A stretch of 64,000 nt of DNA from Candidatus Multivoradales bacterium (GTDB lineage: Bacteria > Acidobacteriota > Thermoanaerobaculia > Multivoradales > JAHEKO01), in assembly GCA_965223855.1 (NCBI GenBank), contig CBDCXM010000009.1, positions 192,001 through 256,000 on the forward strand. The letters run 5' to 3'. The position numbers and the translations under genes were made by a program. Position 1 is the first letter of the stretch. Every line of letters starts with the position of its first letter. Below the pieces are notes generated by a model. That model did no database searches, had not been told where the DNA came from, and worked only from the letters and a program-made list of their open reading frames with translations. Positions 61,265 to 64,000 of this stretch are shown piece by piece.

Positions 61265-62491
61265 ATGAGCGAGACGCCGTTCCCAGCCGTCGCCGAGCAG
61301 CTCGCCGTGCTCCGGCGCGGCTTGGTCGACCTCGTCGACGAGGAACAGCTCGCCGCCAAACTCGAGGCGTCGCGAACAAGCGGACGACCACTGACGGTCA
61401 AGACCGGGTTCGACGCCTCGGCGCCGGATCTTCACCTCGGCCACTGCGTGCTGCTCGAGAAGATGCGCCAGTTCCAGCAACTGGGACATCGGGTGGTCTT
61501 CCTGATCGGCGACTTCACCGCCATGATCGGCGACCCTACGGGCAAGAAACTGACCCGGCCTCAGCTCAGCCGCGAGGAGGTTCTCGAGAACTCCGCGACC
61601 TACGAGCGCCAGGTCTGGAAGGTGCTCGATCGCGAGCACACGGTCGTCGACTACAACAGCAAGTGGCTCGACCCGCTCGGTTCCCAGGGGCTCATCCGAC
61701 TCGCCGGCAAGTATCCGCTCGCGCGCATGATGGAGCGCGACGACTTCCGCTCGCGCTGGGAGGCGCACCAGACGATCAGCCTTCACGAGCTCCTCTATCC
61801 GCTCGTCCAGGGGTACGACTCGGTCGCATTGGAGGCCGACGTCGAGCTCGGCGGTCACGATCAGATCTTCAACCTGCTCGTCGGGCGCACTCTGATGAAG
61901 GAGCACGGGCTCGATCCCCAGGTGGTGCTGACCGTGCCGCTGCTCGTCGGCATCGACGGCAGCGACAAGATGTCGAAGAGCCTCGGCAACGCCATCGGCG
62001 TCGAAGACCCACCCGGGGAGATGTACGGCCGCACGCTGTCGATCCCCGACGATCTGATGTGGGCCTGGTGGCTGCTTTTGACCGACCTCGGCGAAGGCGA
62101 GATCGATCGCCGCAGGTCGGAGGTAGCGGCCGGCGAGCTTCACCCCAAGTCGGTCAAACAGGAACTGGCCCGCCGCCTCGTGACGAGGTTCCACGACCGC
62201 GCCGCCGCCGAGGCCGCCGAACGCGAGTTCGAGGCCGTGTTTACTGCCGGCGGCGAGCCGGACGAGGTCGAGGAGCACTCGTTCGAAGGATCGACGCGCC
62301 TGCTGACAATCCTCACGGATACCGGACTCGCTTCCAGCAACGCAGAGGGGAAGCGACTGCTCAAGCAGGGGGCCGTATCGATCGACGGGACGAAGGTAAC
62401 CGACCCCGAGGCGCTCCATCTGGAGCTCGCCCCCGGCAGCTACCTGCTCAAGGTCGGAAAACGGCGCTTCGCCCGCGCCCTGGTGACGTGA
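61265..62491 (+). CDS. tyrS: Tyrosine--tRNA ligase
   Basis: HLGH, GDFTAMIGDPTG, YPLVQGYD, ELGGHDQ, KMSKS, C-terminal S4 domain. Confidence 0.97.
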   Translation: MSETPFPAVAEQLAVLRRGLVDLVDEEQLAAKLEASRTSGRPLTVKTGFDASAPDLHLGHCVLLEKMRQFQQLGHRVVFLIGDFTAMIGDPTGKKLTRPQLSREEVLENSATYERQVWKVLDREHTVVDYNSKWLDPLGSQGLIRLAGKYPLARMMERDDFRSRWEAHQTISLHELLYPLVQGYDSVALEADVELGGHDQIFNLLVGRTLMKEHGLDPQVVLTVPLLVGIDGSDKMSKSLGNAIGVEDPPGEMYGRTLSIPDDLMWAWWLLLTDLGEGEIDRRRSEVAAGELHPKSVKQELARRLVTRFHDRAAAEAAEREFEAVFTAGGEPDEVEEHSFEGSTRLLTILTDTGLASSNAEGKRLLKQGAVSIDGTKVTDPEALHLELAPGSYLLKVGKRRFARALVT

Positions 62492-63321
62492 CGGGCGAGA
62501 GGGCAGAGCGCTCTCACACCCAGGGCCGTCCCCTGCCCGACGAAGTCGGCTCCCTCCCGGCGGACGAGGCGATCCCCGCGCTCTTCGCGGAGCACGGCGG
62601 GCGGCTCTTCGGCCTCGGCCTGCGACTGTGCGGATCTCCCGAGGACGCCGAGGAGCTGGTGCAGGACATCTTCCTGACCGCCTTCAGAAGTTGGGATCAG
62701 TTCGAGGGTCGATCGAAGCCGACGACCTGGCTCTACACCATCGCCACCCGAGCCTGCATGCGCAAGCACCGCAAGCGGGCGGGCGAACCGGACACCCTCC
62801 AGTCCCTGGATGCGCTGGTTCCGCACGACGAGTCGACGGTCCCGGCGCTCGATGAGGCCGACCCGTTCGAACGACGGGTGCGCAGCGAGATTCAGGAGCG
62901 GATCGAGACGGCGTTGACGAGCGTGCCGCCGGACTTCCGCATGGCGCTGGTTCTCAAGGACATCGCCGAGCTCAGCGTCGCCGAGGTGGCGACCGTGCTC
63001 GGCATCAAGGAGGCGACGGTCAAGACACGGGTCTACCGGGCTCGGCTTGCGCTCAGAAAGGCACTGGCCGAGTCGCTCCCGCAGCGGCCGGTAGTCGACC
63101 CGGACGCGCCACCGATCTGTCGAGACCTCCTGCTGGCCAAGCTCGATGCACTCGACCGCGGGGTCGACTTCCCTCTCGCGAAGGAGCTGCTCTCCGACCG
63201 CTGCGGCTCGTTCTTCCGGACCCTCGACCTGACGCGCGAGGCGTGCAGGCGCATCGGCGAGGGGACGATCCCCTCGAAGATCCGCGAACGGCTCGGGACG
63301 GCGATCAGAGAGCCGGCCTGA
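62488..63321 (+). CDS. ECF RNA polymerase sigma factor with Cys-containing C-terminal extension
   Basis: DAEELVQDIF...WLYTIA (region 2), EVATVLGIKEATVKTRVYRAR (region 4), about 70 extra residues with three Cys; GTG overlaps tyrS stop. Confidence 0.88.
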   Translation: MTGERAERSHTQGRPLPDEVGSLPADEAIPALFAEHGGRLFGLGLRLCGSPEDAEELVQDIFLTAFRSWDQFEGRSKPTTWLYTIATRACMRKHRKRAGEPDTLQSLDALVPHDESTVPALDEADPFERRVRSEIQERIETALTSVPPDFRMALVLKDIAELSVAEVATVLGIKEATVKTRVYRARLALRKALAESLPQRPVVDPDAPPICRDLLLAKLDALDRGVDFPLAKELLSDRCGSFFRTLDLTREACRRIGEGTIPSKIRERLGTAIREPA

Positions 63322-63354
63322 ACGGCGCGGGCGCGACCGGCGCCTGCCGGCGGC

Positions 63355-64000
63355 TCAGGAAGCCTCCTCGTAGCGCGCGAAGGCGTCGTCGACGTAGCGC
63401 ACTTCGATCCCCTCGCGCGCCAGCAGGGCGGCTGCCGCCGCGGCTCGGGCGCCGCTCTTGCAGTGCACCAGCCAGGTGGCTTCGCGGTCCACCTCGTCGA
63501 CCCGGTCGAGCAAACGGGTGTGGGCGATGTTGGCGGCCCCGGGCACGTGGCCGGCGGCGTACTCCGACGCCCCTCGAACGTCGAGGACCCGATGCCGATC
63601 GTCTCCACGCAACCGCTCGACCGCCTCGAAGTCGATCACCGGCGTCGAGGTCAGGTCCGGCGCTCCGACGAGATCTTCGGGCGGCAGGAAACCGACGACC
63701 CGATCCAGGCCGATCCTCACGAGATCCCGCACCGCCTCCTCGAGGCGCCTTTCGTCGAGAACCAGGTAGATCTCCTCCTCCGGCCGCACATAGGAGCCCG
63801 CGACCGTCGGAAACGACTTGTTGAACGGAGCGTAGAGGGAGCCTGGAAGGTGTCCCTCCATGAACGCCGCGCGATCTCCGCGAGTGTCGAGCACGACAGC
63901 TCCTCTTTCGAGGGCGGCCGTCACCTCTGCGAGCGAGGTTCGGACCGGCGCCGGGAGTCCTCCGAGGAGCGGCGGCCCCTCCTTGTTGAGCTTCTTCATC
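63355..64000 (-). CDS. Tandem rhodanese domains, probably the C-terminus of an MBL-fold persulfide dioxygenase-rhodanese fusion (5' end outside window)
   Basis: MKKLNKEGP linker, LDTR...GHLPGS, LDVR..SEYAAGHVPGA, active-site HCKSGAR. Confidence 0.8.
   Translation of the reverse strand, partial: MKKLNKEGPPLLGGLPAPVRTSLAEVTAALERGAVVLDTRGDRAAFMEGHLPGSLYAPFNKSFPTVAGSYVRPEEEIYLVLDERRLEEAVRDLVRIGLDRVVGFLPPEDLVGAPDLTSTPVIDFEAVERLRGDDRHRVLDVRGASEYAAGHVPGAANIAHTRLLDRVDEVDREATWLVHCKSGARAAAAAALLAREGIEVRYVDDAFARYEEAS

Noticed and set aside
59087-62419. 1110-aa minus-strand ORF and other long antisense ORFs (e.g. 46298..48613, 42628..44628, 51717..53720, 53683..55764, 9575..11374)
   Set aside because: Shadow frames of real genes in high-GC DNA; no recognisable motifs.

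Overview
High-GC bacterial chromosomal window. Gene content (sulfatase-like/TPR and CRTAC1/TPR expansions, dprA-topA-trmFO-xerC-hslVU) and the 16S leader suggest Acidobacteriota, possibly Thermoanaerobaculia; this is inference, not a search result. Contents in order: (1) a minus-strand run that looks like an organic-phosphorus scavenging unit (aminotransferase, phytase-like esterase, parvulin PPIase, HAD acid phosphatase, S1/P1-type nuclease, phnD, phnC); (2) an envelope cluster of sulfatase-like-TPR, PPIase lipoprotein, a small secreted protein ending IPVELTDFSVD, and TPR + FG-GAP/CRTAC1 pairs; (3) a complete minus-strand rRNA operon (16S, tRNA-Ile, tRNA-Ala, 23S, 5S) with tandem promoters and a terminator; (4) purF-purM-purN and purL-purQ separated by a SAM-I/IV-like riboswitch-led metB-like/aspartokinase/asd operon; (5) a second envelope cluster (TPR, unknown, peptidase-PD40-Omp85 barrel, small secreted protein ending IPVDLQSFEVD, AlkP-TPR, TPR, CRTAC1); (6) housekeeping genes dprA to tyrS, an ECF sigma with a Cys-containing extension and a truncated rhodanese fusion. 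Best candidate for an undescribed system: two unrelated secreted proteins sharing a C-terminal IPV[ED]LxxFxVD tag, each with its own promoter and each beside the same set of AlkP-TPR / TPR / CRTAC1 genes, suggesting a surface protein sorting or anchoring system. Three apparent frameshifts (purM, hslV, a lipoprotein) are probably sequencing errors. No CRISPR array or mobile element is evident.
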